Assembly: GCA_047495785.1 (NCBI GenBank)
Contig: JBLDXI010000015.1
Location: forward strand, 3,100,001-3,164,000
Direction of reading: 5' to 3'
Origin: Lepidodermella squamata
Taxonomy: Eukaryota > Animalia > Gastrotricha
DNA length: 64,000 nt
The position numbers were made by a program, and so were the translations under genes. The notes beneath the pieces were generated by a model. That model had not been told where the DNA came from and searched no databases. It saw only the letters and a list, made by a program, of their open reading frames with translations. This document shows positions 48,370 to 60,181 of the stretch, one piece after another; position 1 is the stretch's first letter, and each line of letters opens with the position of its first letter.

Positions 48370-51300
48370 ATGGAAGACAAATCGGCGGGTGATGCGCCGC
48401 CGGGTGAACCTAAATTTCTATGGCTCGCTAAGCAGCATCAATGGCCTGCAATAGAAACAGCACTGTTACAACTACGGAAAACGAGAAAATATGGAGAACT
48501 GACAGCAACTGATGCGGTAATCAATTATCATTATTTTCAATAAACTTGAAACTTGAATTGAACTGCCGCACTAACAGGAGACAGGAATGAATTTGATGAT
48601 GATGTGCTGCAAAGATAACAGGCGCGCAGTTTTTGAGGCTCTCATCGATTTCGGCTTCGGAGTCAATGAACGGGCTTACGATGGCATGACCTGTCTGCAT
48701 TACGCTGCAGCGAATACAGCGGACATCATTGTCGACCAACTGGTACACCATGGCGCTGATGTTCTCGCCATTGGAGGGGTACGAACTTCGCACCTGGGAT
48801 ATACATTTTAATGCATCATTTATCTTTCAGCCTCATGCGCAACTGGCGCTTCACATAGCATGCCAAAGACCTTCTTCCGCCTTGATTATGACCAAATTCA
48901 TTTTGAGGAGAATGCCACCGAGTGGGCGTCTTATCATTGATGGCCTCGGGAATATCCCAGTTACCTATGCTGTGGAAACTGGAAACGATGTTTTAGTCAA
49001 GGAGCTACTTAAGGAATTACCCTTGCAGCAAGGCATCGAATGGCGTCATAAGGACACGAAAAACACTTTGGTAGGTCCATATCGGACTTGAAGTTACGTT
49101 GAAATACCAATTTTCTTAATAGCTTCATCTAGCGACAATGAAACGTGACATCACAACAGCAGAGACAATAATTGAAATGGGAAAAGCCGACTTGAATGCT
49201 CAGAATAAGTTAGGTCAAACTCCACTGCACATCGCTTCGGCTAACAGTGATGAGCGAATGATAAAGCTATTCAGCCGATATCCATGCGACTCGAACATTC
49301 AAGACAAAAACGGAGAGACGGCTTTACATTTCGCTGTTAGAGCTGGATGTACATCCATTGTTGTAATGCTAGCTGATCGCATGAAGGGTGATGTTCAGAT
49401 TCGAAAAAATGATGGCAGCACTTTGGTAAGCGATCATTCCCAACCTGCTGCATTTCGAACTTATTTTAATGACCATTTCAGATGCACCTCGCTGCAGAAT
49501 TCGGCCATGGAGGTTGCGTTCTGGCGCTTTGTAAGCGAGATGTGCCCCTGCACATGCCCAACAAAGCTGGGATATTATCGCTTCATCTAGCTGCCCGAAA
49601 CGGCTTCCCTAAAGTTGTGCAAATCCTTATTGAAAACGGCGCTCCCATCAACGCTCGAACGAAAGAGCGATATACAGCTATGCACTTGGCTGTACTTTAC
49701 AACAAACCTGAAGTTATTCAATTGCTGATGGGGGTTGGTGCCAATGTGGCTGTCCAAGGCGGCCCAGCTGGAGAATTGCCTCTTCACATCGCAGCGAGAA
49801 CTAATGCAGTAGAATGTGCCAAGATGTTGTTGCTAACCGGGGCAAAAGTCAACGACCCAACAGGAGCAGAACTCGAAACTGCACTTCATATGGCTTGTAG
49901 ACGAGGGCAAATGGCCTTGGCATCTTTATTGCTTGAAGAAGGTGCCGATGTTTTGTTGGTCTCACGCAGCGGTGAATCAGCTCTTCACATAGCCGTTCGA
50001 TACGCAAACTATCCTCTGGTCAAACTCATAATCAAACATGTCAAAAAGAAAATGTCGAAAAAGGAAGTGGTGAAGTTGGTCAATTTTCAGACTGTCGAAG
50101 GCGAATCAGCTCTGCATCTGGCTTGCGGGCTCGTACCAAAAGCACTCCATTACCCACTTGAAGATGCCGACATAGCCAGACTTCTACTAAAAAATGGCGC
50201 TGATCCGAATTTACTGACCCGATTTGTAAATGTTTCTCCATTCTCCTAGCTCAGTAAAATTATTTGTATTTTAGACCCTTGAATCGCCTATGCACTACTG
50301 TGCCCGAGTTGGAAACACTAATGTGTGCGAAGAGTTCGTTCAGCATGCCGTAACTTTCTTCCCGATTGCTTGGTTGTGATGCCATATATTGTGTCTTATA
50401 GGGCCACAACTTTCCACCACTGGCTAATAGACAAGCGCGAAATGGCTGGTCAGCTCTTTTAACGGCCTGTAACTATGGTCATCTCGAACTCATGGAGCTT
50501 TTAAGTAATATTTTCGAAATTTTGAATCAAATTCTTATCGGTCGAATTTCAGTTAGAAATAGCGCTCGAGTCGATATTTTCGACGAGCAAGGATTTTCAG
50601 CTCTGCACCTAGCGGCGAGTAACGGTTTCAAAGATTGTTGTGAACTGCTCTTGAAGAAAAAAGCCTTCGTCAACATTAAGACGAAAAACAGTATCACCCC
50701 GATATCCTTGGCTGGTAATATTTTCCTTTAAACATTTCTTCATGTAGACCAGGACATTTTTACAAGCCTCGAATGGTCATCGAGATGTGGTTCACATGCT
50801 TGTGAGTAAGTATGGCGCAGCTCATGACCTGACGAATATGGATAAGAAAACACCACTGCATCTGGCTGCGGAGAACGGGCATCAGGCAGTTGCCGAGGCT
50901 CTGGTTCAATTGAAAGCCAACGTTAACGCCGTTGATTCCGTAAGAAATCCTTTTATCGCTCTTAATTTTTATTTCCTGGTTACGTTTATTTATAGCTCGG
51001 GCAAACACCACTCCATCTCGCGGGTAAGGACTGTTTTTAGCTGACAATTAATAGCTGTTTATTAATAATGTTTTCGCGGGTTTTAGCTGAATGTGACCAC
51101 CCGGAAGTAGTTCAGATGTTTTTGAAGTCCTTTCCGGAGCTTGTCAACACGGCCAATCAAGACGGCATGACGTGCGCCCATATAGCAGCTGGTGAGCAAC
51201 AGCAATTTCGAGTATTTATTGTTGATTGATTGAAATAATTTTGCAGCAAAAGGCTCTGTTGCGGTTATAAGAGAACTCATGCGATTCAACAAATCAATTG

Positions 51301-54300
51301 TCATCAGCGCTCGCAACAAAACAACAGGATCACTTCCTTTGCATTTAGCGGCTGAGGCTGGGCATGCAGATGTTGTGAAGGTTCTTTTGTCCGCGGGGTC
51401 GCCGGCTCTGGCTGAAAACACGGACGGCATGACTTGCCTTCATTTAGCAGCTAAAGAAGGTCATTCAAATGTATTGGCGGCAATGCCGCACTCGCTATCG
51501 TGGAGTGTTCCTAGCGTAAAGGTGAAATGAACTAAAATTGTGGAAGATGAGCCTTCACCTACGTTTTGCGCTTACAGACTGGACTTACGCCAATACATGT
51601 CGCAGTATTTTACGGGCAGGTTGAACTTGTACGAGAAATGACAGCCAGAGTTTCACCTGATGTAAGAACGGAGAAGCCTGCTGCCTACAACATCGCGGAT
51701 AACAAGTTGAAATCACTCATTATTCTAGACGTGAGCAGATTTATCAGATTTATGGCGAATTTCATGTTGTTTACAAATTACAGTATGGTTTCTCACCACT
51801 TCATGTTGCTTCATACGCTGGGGTCGACAAAGCGATTCGCTTGCTCCTAAATTTCTCCGGGGTGGACGTAGAAGCACGAAGCGCAGTGATGGTACGGAAA
51901 TTAATCTTACGTGATAACATTTTTATTCATAGAATTCATAATTTTAATTCATAGAAAACTACGCCACTTCATCTTGCCGCGATGACAGGCCATCTGAACG
52001 TGTCGAGTCTTCTCTTGTCCCAAACATCAGCACTGATGAAGCTGCAAGATGCTCGTGGCCTGAAACCGCTGCACTTGGCTGCGAGAAACGGCCATTGCGA
52101 CATGGTCGCCAGTCTAATCAGTCAAGGTTCAGACATAAATACTTCGGACAACGTGAGTTCATCTTATTAGCTCATTGAATTTTTTAAACTCTGAAAATAG
52201 CATGGTTGGGTTCCTCTACACCATGCCACGCGATGTGGTCAATTGGGAGTGGTAAAACTCTTGCTAGAACTTGGAGCTAACGTCACTCATGCGACTCGTG
52301 ACGATCGTGTACCACTGAGTCTCTCGGCAGCCTCGAATCACGTCGATGTCTTCATGTACCTTTTGACCAAAGAACATGATACCGAAGCTCTGATGGAAGA
52401 CAAGAAATTCATCATAGATCTAATGAAGTGCGGTAAAGCGAATCACCAAAAAGCTATAGAAGAATTCTGTCTAGTCTCTGAATGCCCCTTGGAAATCGCC
52501 GCAAAATTGAGCTTCCTCTTCCTCAAGCAGTCAAGCCTCGACATAGAAAACCAAAAGGACATGATGGCAGCATCGAAGTTTTGCGAGGAACTAACTGGGA
52601 AACTTATGACGATTGCCTCGGATATGTCATCCCCCAGCAGAATTTTGAAAGCGGCAGATAAAAATGGCGTGCCTTTCATCGACATTCTCGTAGATGACAA
52701 GTTGAAGACCGTTGTTGCCGACGCTGCAGTTCAGCGTTACCTGACTGATGTCCTCGAGGGTGATTTGGGAATAACTGGGGTCAAAATGTTCGGACTATTC
52801 GTTCTGTTTGTCTTATGCCCACCGATTATGTTCGCAGCTTCGCTACCATTCGGTCATCGCTATCATAAAGTTCCTATCATCAAATTCATGTGTTCAGCTT
52901 CTGCTCATTTTCACTTCATTTTCGTTTTGAGCAGCGTCTGTGTTGTCCCAATATTTCCGAACTCTCAGCGAGACAATTTTTGGCCAACCTGGAATGAGGT
53001 CTTGTTACTTTGTTACTTGGGTGGAATTTTGACTGCCGAACTGACGAATCCATCAAACGGATCTGGTGGACGAATAATTCGTGGACTTACGCTAGCGTTG
53101 TCGGCATTGGCGATAATGCTACAAGTAATCGCAATAACGTACCCTGTTGATACCTACGAGGCGCAAATTTTGATGTACACTCGTAACGTCATCTTCTCTT
53201 TACCAGTCATGATCTCAGTACTATCCATAATCGAGGTAATGTCTCCTCACTGACCTTTACTAATGGTCTCTAATTCGAATTCAACAGATTTTGACGTTCA
53301 GCAAAGCGTTCGGTCCTCTCAGCATTATTCTGGTTTACATGATTCAAGAGGCAAGCACGGCTATCATAATCATGCAAATCTTCTTTGTCGGATGGTTCCT
53401 CCATAACCAAACGATCTTTACACCTGTTTGCCCTGGTAAAAAGAAGCTCATAAGATTATTCAGTCACAAAATATTCCCATAATTTAGATCTGGAGCCTGA
53501 GTTGACCTCAAAATGCCGTTGCAATATCAGGGTTCCCCCGGGATGTCCAACGCCTTATACCAAGGACAACAACGACTTCATAGTACCTGGCTGTTGGTCG
53601 AATGAAGAGCTGGTAACAGATAGCACACCTGCGTCTTGGATTATCGGCATCATCCACGGGGCGTTGTTTCAGCACGAAGACTTTTTGTGGTACCCAGCGG
53701 TGAGAAATAATGGACAGTGGTCGAGGGCTCCTCTGCAGATTGAAAAGGCGTGTTTTCATATCACCATGGTCCTTATTCTGCTTATGTTGGCTCTGGCCAT
53801 AGCGTCCGATACTTTGGAACGTTTGATCAAACGATCTGATGAAGAGTGGCAATTTGGCCGTGCTCAGCTCATTCGCAACATGAGTAAAACCTGTAAGTAA
53901 GAATATTGTTCCTTCGATGAAAATGAATAACCATGAATTTCAGCTCCAACGCCCCCGCCTCTCAATCTTTTGGTTAAACCAATAATTTACCTGCGAGCTT
54001 TCATCAAACGTAAAGGGCTGCTGTGCACAACATATGCGCCCTATTACATGATGATAGAGGAGGGTATCGGGGATGAAGGCGAAGCGGCTCACGAAGAAGA
54101 CGAGCCTGGCGTTATTGATGACATTATCAAATGGGTGAAGGATATCATCTATCGGAAACGGGTGAAAAAGCTTCTCAAAAATGCGATCAGGTCTCATTCG
54201 ATTGTATACTTTGGCGGTGAGCCGAAAAAACTCAGCCGAAAGGAATCTCGGGCTCGGCAGAAAGCGGTGAAGGAAGCTCGAAAGAGAAAGAAGCTGGAAA

Positions 54301-54594
54301 CGTTCTTACCAGAACCTTTACAAGAAGCTATCGATTGGGAGAAAGTTGTCGACCGCCATCGTGAAATCGAGGCAGAAGGCAGCGAAGATGAATACATTGA
54401 ACAACTTGATTGCTTCATGAGTGAACTTGAGGATTGGCAGGCTGAAATGTGGGAAGATCTCGATGAAATAGAGGTAATTATCATCGATCATTACTTCTTG
54501 CTATACTGATATACCTTTTTAGGATGATGAGGAACGCCTAATGATAGTTGGCTGGATGGTGGAAGAATTTAAAGATGTCGTCAAAGTTACTTGA
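48370..54594 (+). CDS. nompC: Divergent NOMPC/TRPN mechanosensitive channel (long ankyrin array + 6TM), many exons
   Basis: More than 20 ankyrin repeats with TRPN-type strings (VPLHMPNKAG, RVDIFDEQG, LMEDKKF, YHKVPIIKFM), SDEEWQFGRAQLIRNM TRP box and PPPLNL. Last exon 54523-54594. Confidence 0.88.
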
Positions 54595-55166
54595 GAAACA
54601 CATTTGTCAAAAAAATCATTTAGGTCGCACAACGTATTTTTTTGACAGAAATACGTTTGCCGTATCGTTATATAGACTTGATAGTAAAAGTTAGTCAATA
54701 AAACCAAAAAATCGCCGAAACAATTTCCATCACGCCAAGAAACTGACCCTTCTTGGCCTTCATTAACTTTCGAAAACAGTAAATGAAAAGATCAACAAAT
54801 TTATTATCATTAAATGTCTAGAATGATTATTTATAGAATTTGCTTTCTGCATCACATAAGATCTCGTTGCGTCATGTAGTTGGCGAGCAATATTATAACA
54901 TTTTGATTTTGTGCTCTTGTGCAGGGAAAGAAAGTGAGGAATGTGCGCATCGGGGCTCATTTAGTTTCCACCACTTCCACCAGCAGCAGCGGAACTCAAT
55001 TTACCAACCATACCTGACAAGCTCACGATGCTCATTCGGCTTCCATGAGCCTGAGAGGGGGGTGGCACAAATCCTGTAGATAACGTGCTGGTTAATGGGG
55101 CTTGACCGGGAACTCCGAAAACGGAAACTGCTGTTAATACGCGACCAATGTTCCTCGCGTGCTCGA

Positions 55167-57162
55167 CTAACTTGCTTGAGGCCCCGACGCTGTTGCGGAG
55201 GCCGGCGGTGCGACCCGTAGGATGCTCCCCAGTCGCTCTGAGAATCTGCAGGACGAAATTGTATTAAAGAAAGGCATCATGCCGTTTTCTTAAAACTTCC
55301 GGGGCTATAATATACTAAAGCCAGTCTAAAAGCCAGACAAAGCATGCTAAGCAATAGCACGAACATCATTATCTATATTCTAAGGGGAAGGTTTTGAAGC
55401 AAAACGGCAGCGGAATTATGTCTATGAATTAATATTCAAGCGCTAATAGTCTATATTAGCTGGGCTGATGTCGGCACATACCGAGACTTGGGCGGTTCTC
55501 GTTCGGCCGATTGCCCGCTGTCAGCCATGATCATCACGGTTTTGACAACTTGAGACAAGGTTGTCCATTTCGACGGTTTGCCCATGACAGACATGGACCT
55601 AGGTTTCGGCGGCGACTCCTCAGTTTTTCGCTCTTGGTCTCGTGTTACCACCTTTTTTACGAACATTGCTAGTTTTTCAATGGCCATAAATAAGCAAGGA
55701 GTGTGCATCAGAGAGTGACAATAGAAGAAAGCGACTAACATAAAGCACAAGACAGACATCAATTTTACGGTAATTAGTTGTTATGCTCTCAAGCTTCATC
55801 CATCGATTGCTAGGTAAAAATAGATGGTTAAAACATGGAAATGTTAGTTGAACAGCCGCTCTAAAAAGCAGTGCAGGCTCGACTTGGGCGACGGGTATAA
55901 CTTACCTCAAATTCGTGCATCTCAGGCTTTACCGTTGGTTTGAAAGACGGAGACGTTTTTGTGGTGTAAAGGTCAAGCAAAGTCCACAGTGGCAAAGCTT
56001 GCTCACGCCGATTCAACAGAGACCTCAGCTTAGCGGTTTTCGGCCACCCGGATGCAGTTCGATATGAGGATGTAGCCTGAACCTGATGATTTTGTTGCGA
56101 TTGGTTCCCACCCGCCTCAACTGCCGACGCTAGAGAGAGCAGAGTTCGTTGCTTGCTGCCAAGTGAAACAGGGCAGCGGCCGAAAAATTCGTCAATCGTT
56201 TCAATAACTTTATCTCGGAACTGCGCATCCTCCGTATCTTGGAAATGTACAGCTGCTGCTCGGTCACTAGCCATTATGGACTCGTTATCAAAACGAGAGC
56301 GATGCTTGCATATAGGACTGATTGGTCGCTCGTATTGGGACTTGAGTCTGACAGTTTTCTTCCAAATTAGCTGAAATCGGCGTCCGGCAATAGGAGCCAA
56401 TTGTATCTGGCTTTGCTTGTTCAAATCTTCTCGCAAGACCCAATCTAGGGCATTTAACTTCATTTCGGAGTCGCGAATTGAAGGATCAGCGCCGTGTCTG
56501 AGTAGCTCATAAGCAGCTCTGAAATAGCCCAAACGGATTGCCATGAGAAGAGGCGTGAGTCCAATGGCATTCCTCACGTCGACGTCGAAATCCCGTGCCC
56601 TGCAAATAGACAGAAGCTTCGTAAGGTAGCCAATATCATTTGCTTCGACCAGAACGTGCAGTGGGGTATTGCCATCCATATCGGCCTGAATAACATAGTC
56701 AAAAAATGTCAGCAACTACTGACTAAGACTTACATGAACGACATTGCGAGGAACAAATGTTTCATGTGAGAGAATAATGTCGACAATGCGATGGAGACCG
56801 AAAGAGCATGCGTAGTGTAGTGGGGTCTGGCCGAATCTATCCTCAACGTATGTGTTCGCCCCATTGATGAGCATCAGCCTGACGAACTTCTCAGCTAGGC
56901 GCCTGTCATCCAAAAGTAAGGCGACCATAAGAGGAGTTCTTCCATTCAGGTCGACGGAGTTAACTTTTTCCGAAACTGAGCTCAAATACTCGCCATCCTC
57001 TGCGCCAACATCGGCCGATGGATGGCGGGGGTTGTCCATATTGAGCAATAGTTGAGTTTGGTGATAACGGCCATCGAGGACGGTCTGATGCAACACTGAT
57101 TTTAAACGCTGGCGCCGGGTGGTTATCGGCCGGAGAACAACGGTAGCTGCAGCTGCTGCCAT
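55167..57162 (-). CDS. N-terminal ankyrin-repeat protein with low-complexity tail (ANKRD34/63-like); 3' exons uncertain
   Basis: GRTPLM, GQTPLHYAC, GNTPLH and GLTPLL repeats; intron 56686-56733; donor at 55905; likely exons 55651-55482 and 55245-55167. Confidence 0.7.
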
Positions 57163-58854
57163 TAAGTACGGCTTTCACGAATAGAAGAAACGGCAATAGA
57201 GTGCTCGCAAAAATAACCTAGCACTCGAAAGGGCGGCGTTGTCAGGGGCAGCGAACGCTCTATTGAATGCCCATTCTGCTACACCCATAGGAACTACTTA
57301 GTCGCTCTTGAAAAAAAATGAAAGGGAAATTCATGTCATAGTCTGCCCACTCAAGACTGCTACATGGATGTATTGAATTTGAACTGAAATTTGTGGAGAG
57401 GAAGAAGCAAAAAACCCTCTACCCTCTGTTTTAGGTACCTAAGAGGAAAAGCAAGAGCTATTTAAATTTCGGCCATATATTTTTGGTGTTTAGCTTGATA
57501 TTTTGAGTTCTTCAATCAATTTTCAGATTAAAAATCATCAACACCACCAACTTCGTGGCTAAAAACCATGCTACGCATCATATCCATTCATTTTTTTGTG
57601 TATAATATTTACGTGATGGAGCACGTGTTACGAGATCCCAATGCTGAGATTTTATGCAGAAACATTTAGCATGAGTATGTACAGCATAGGTACACAAATT
57701 CTATACTACTATACACGATGTATTTGATTACTATTTTCCATAGTGGTAGGAGAGAGAACTAGGCTTTCAACTTTACAAGCCCAAATAAACATATATTGCT
57801 TTATTCGTGCAAGAGAGCTTCCGATTCTTTGAATGGGCGAATTTGTTGAGAATTCAAATGTTCCAGCTCATTTCATGGTGCAAATGATTGCTGGCTCTCT
57901 GTCCGGTGTTGCCGAGCTTACCGTCGTGTACCCAATCGACAGCGTAAAAACTCGCATTCAAACCAGCGCAAACACTGCAGTGGTATCAGGCTCGAAAACT
58001 AATGTTTCCTCAAATTCCATTCGAAGCACCATATTGAGAATGTGGAGAATAGAAGGTCCATTCTCAATGACTAGAGGTATTACAGTCGCCGCAGCAGGAT
58101 CTGCGCCTGCTCAAGCCGCTTACTTCACCACTTACGAAAGAACAAAGCATTTTGTCGTCAATAAGCTGCCTTCAGAATCACATTTTTCTGCGCCAATAAG
58201 TCAAGCCGTGGGAGCTTGCTGTGCGACTGTAATGCACGACGCTGTAATGAATCCGGCTGAAGTCATAAAACAACGCATGCAGCTAAGTGGAGCAACTTTA
58301 TCTACTGCGAAACCGTCTGGACCCTTGGCCTGTGCTATAAACATATGGCGGACAGAGGGAATCGTCGCATTTTATAGAAGCTATCCGACGCAACTAGCAA
58401 TGAACATCCCTTTTCAAATTATACATTTCGTCATATACGAGACAGCTCTGAAAACACTAACGAAAAGTAAGGATTTCCAGCCACTCTACCACTCATTAGC
58501 TGGTGGAATTGGAGGGGGCTGTGCTGCTTTTCTAACCACTCCTCTTGATGTCTGCAAAACATTATTGAATACGCAATGGTGCTTGAAGTCATCCGAAACA
58601 CCGGTTAAGAGTTTGCCGCTAGCAGCGCGAGTGGTTTTCAATAATTTTGGGATTAGAGGATTCTTCCGGGGTGCAACCGCCCGAGTGCTTATCGAAGCTC
58701 CATCGACAGCTATATCTTGGACAGTATTTGAGTTCTTTAAACATCATTTAACCGCCCAAAAACTGTTCGTATCTGATAATTGATATCAAATCTGGTAGGA
58801 TGGCTGTGTCTTTCATGCCTCTTTCAGAAGTAAACTACCTCGGTTTTCTGCTTT
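57099..58854 (+). repeat. Tandem duplication unit 1 (promoter + mitoferrin + 3' flank)
   Basis: Blocks shared with 60182-61929, e.g. attttaaacgctggcgccgg, aaaaataacctagcactcgaaagggcggcgttgtca, catgcctctttcagaagtaaactacctcggtttt. Confidence 0.9.
57833..58783 (+). CDS. Mitoferrin-like mitochondrial carrier (SLC25A28/37 family), copy 1, His-substituted
   Basis: Three Px[DE]xxK motifs; HDAVMNPAEVIKQRMQ, FYRSYPTQLAMNIPFQ, TTPLDVCKTLLNTQ; intronless. Confidence 0.92.
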   Translation: MGEFVENSNVPAHFMVQMIAGSLSGVAELTVVYPIDSVKTRIQTSANTAVVSGSKTNVSSNSIRSTILRMWRIEGPFSMTRGITVAAAGSAPAQAAYFTTYERTKHFVVNKLPSESHFSAPISQAVGACCATVMHDAVMNPAEVIKQRMQLSGATLSTAKPSGPLACAINIWRTEGIVAFYRSYPTQLAMNIPFQIIHFVIYETALKTLTKSKDFQPLYHSLAGGIGGGCAAFLTTPLDVCKTLLNTQWCLKSSETPVKSLPLAARVVFNNFGIRGFFRGATARVLIEAPSTAISWTVFEFFKHHLTAQKLFVSDN

Positions 58855-59639
58855 GACTCGGTAAGAGTTTGTTCTATTGATGAGCCTGCTTAGCACTCAG
58901 AAGTAAAAACCGTTTCCTAAGGTTTACATTTTTGAAATGTTTAATTGCATATAGCGTCAGCAATCTCTTCGAATTACTGGCAAACGTCATTTGGTGTAAG
59001 GATCTGCCGGCCGGCATCGTGCGATCGAACTAACTAGCTTGTGATAATAATCATGTGTCATTTGATCATCAATTAGACAATGCCATGTTCGCTGTAGTTA
59101 TTTCTATATGATATTTATGGCCATGAATGGCAGATCCTCAATGTTCGATTCATTCACAATAAAGTATAGAGTAGTGCCTGGCCAAGTCTTGATGTTTCCC
59201 TGACATTTGGTCTGTGAAAGGTGAAAGATAATTCTAATAGGCTGACTGATGTTTCGTCCGATTCTTCGTCCATTTATTCTGAAGTCCTCTTGCCCGCCTT
59301 GCAGAGTTTCGAGTTGGCGGGGTGCGGGGTGGCGACGCGCATGGTTCTTCATGCATGGTCATCCTCTTTATCTGCCGCGATTTGTTTCAGAAACCCGCTA
59401 ATAGTAACCGATCAATACGGATCATGCGGTGGCTGCTGAGGGTCTCAGATCGATAGGCTCGGTAATGGCGACTCCACTTGAATCCTACCAAATGGGTCGC
59501 TTACGGATGCGATGCCGACCGCATTGCCGGGCTACTTTACCTGGGTAATGCGGCACCACGTGAGAAATAATACATGTACATAATGTACATATTTAGGTGT
59601 TTGGCTTTCAAAAATCATAAACTTGTCTCAAAAACTAGG

Positions 59640-59910
59640 CACGCATGCGGCAGAGCTACCGCAAACCCGCAGCCCGCAATGATGTTTCATAAAATGGTTG
59701 TTCGGCCGATATTGGAATTTGGATTACCGGCGCTCGAGAATTTCAGCGCACTTATTATTTCAAGCTCCGCTGCTTGGCGATCAGCACCTCATGTCCAGTC
59801 CTACGCCGATGATCTGACCCTCGTCAGTACTGGCGCTACCTTCCCGGGGGCTGGAGCAGGAGCACAGGTAGGAGTCGACCGCGTCGCCGCTTGGACCTAC
59901 CTCTAGCGCC
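59640..59910 (+). mobile_element. Degraded non-LTR (LINE) reverse transcriptase fragment
   Basis: YADDLTLV (RT catalytic motif) and HKMVVRPILEFG (LINE post-RT motif); no intact ORF. Confidence 0.6.
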
Positions 59911-60181
59911 ATTAGCGTTCCTTGGCTGTGAATGCTTGATTCTTGGTCAACTTTTCTACTGAAAGCTCATAAGGAAGCCTTACAATGATAACGTCCCCAA
60001 CCTATGTGGCCGCAGTTTGTCGTCGCTTCACACGGCCGTGCGCCGGCCGGCACTGTCACTGGCGCCGTACTACTCGCAACATTCCCTCGTCCGCTCTATT
60101 GCCGAATTCTGGTCTGTTTCAGCTCGTTTCATCCGATAGCCTTAAGCTCCAGGCTATAATTGACGGTGTGCCGTATAACAT

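Noticed and set aside
54961-55245. Longer alternative-frame last exon for the ANK gene
   Set aside because: Open in phase 0 only if the middle exon is skipped; cannot be decided without transcripts.
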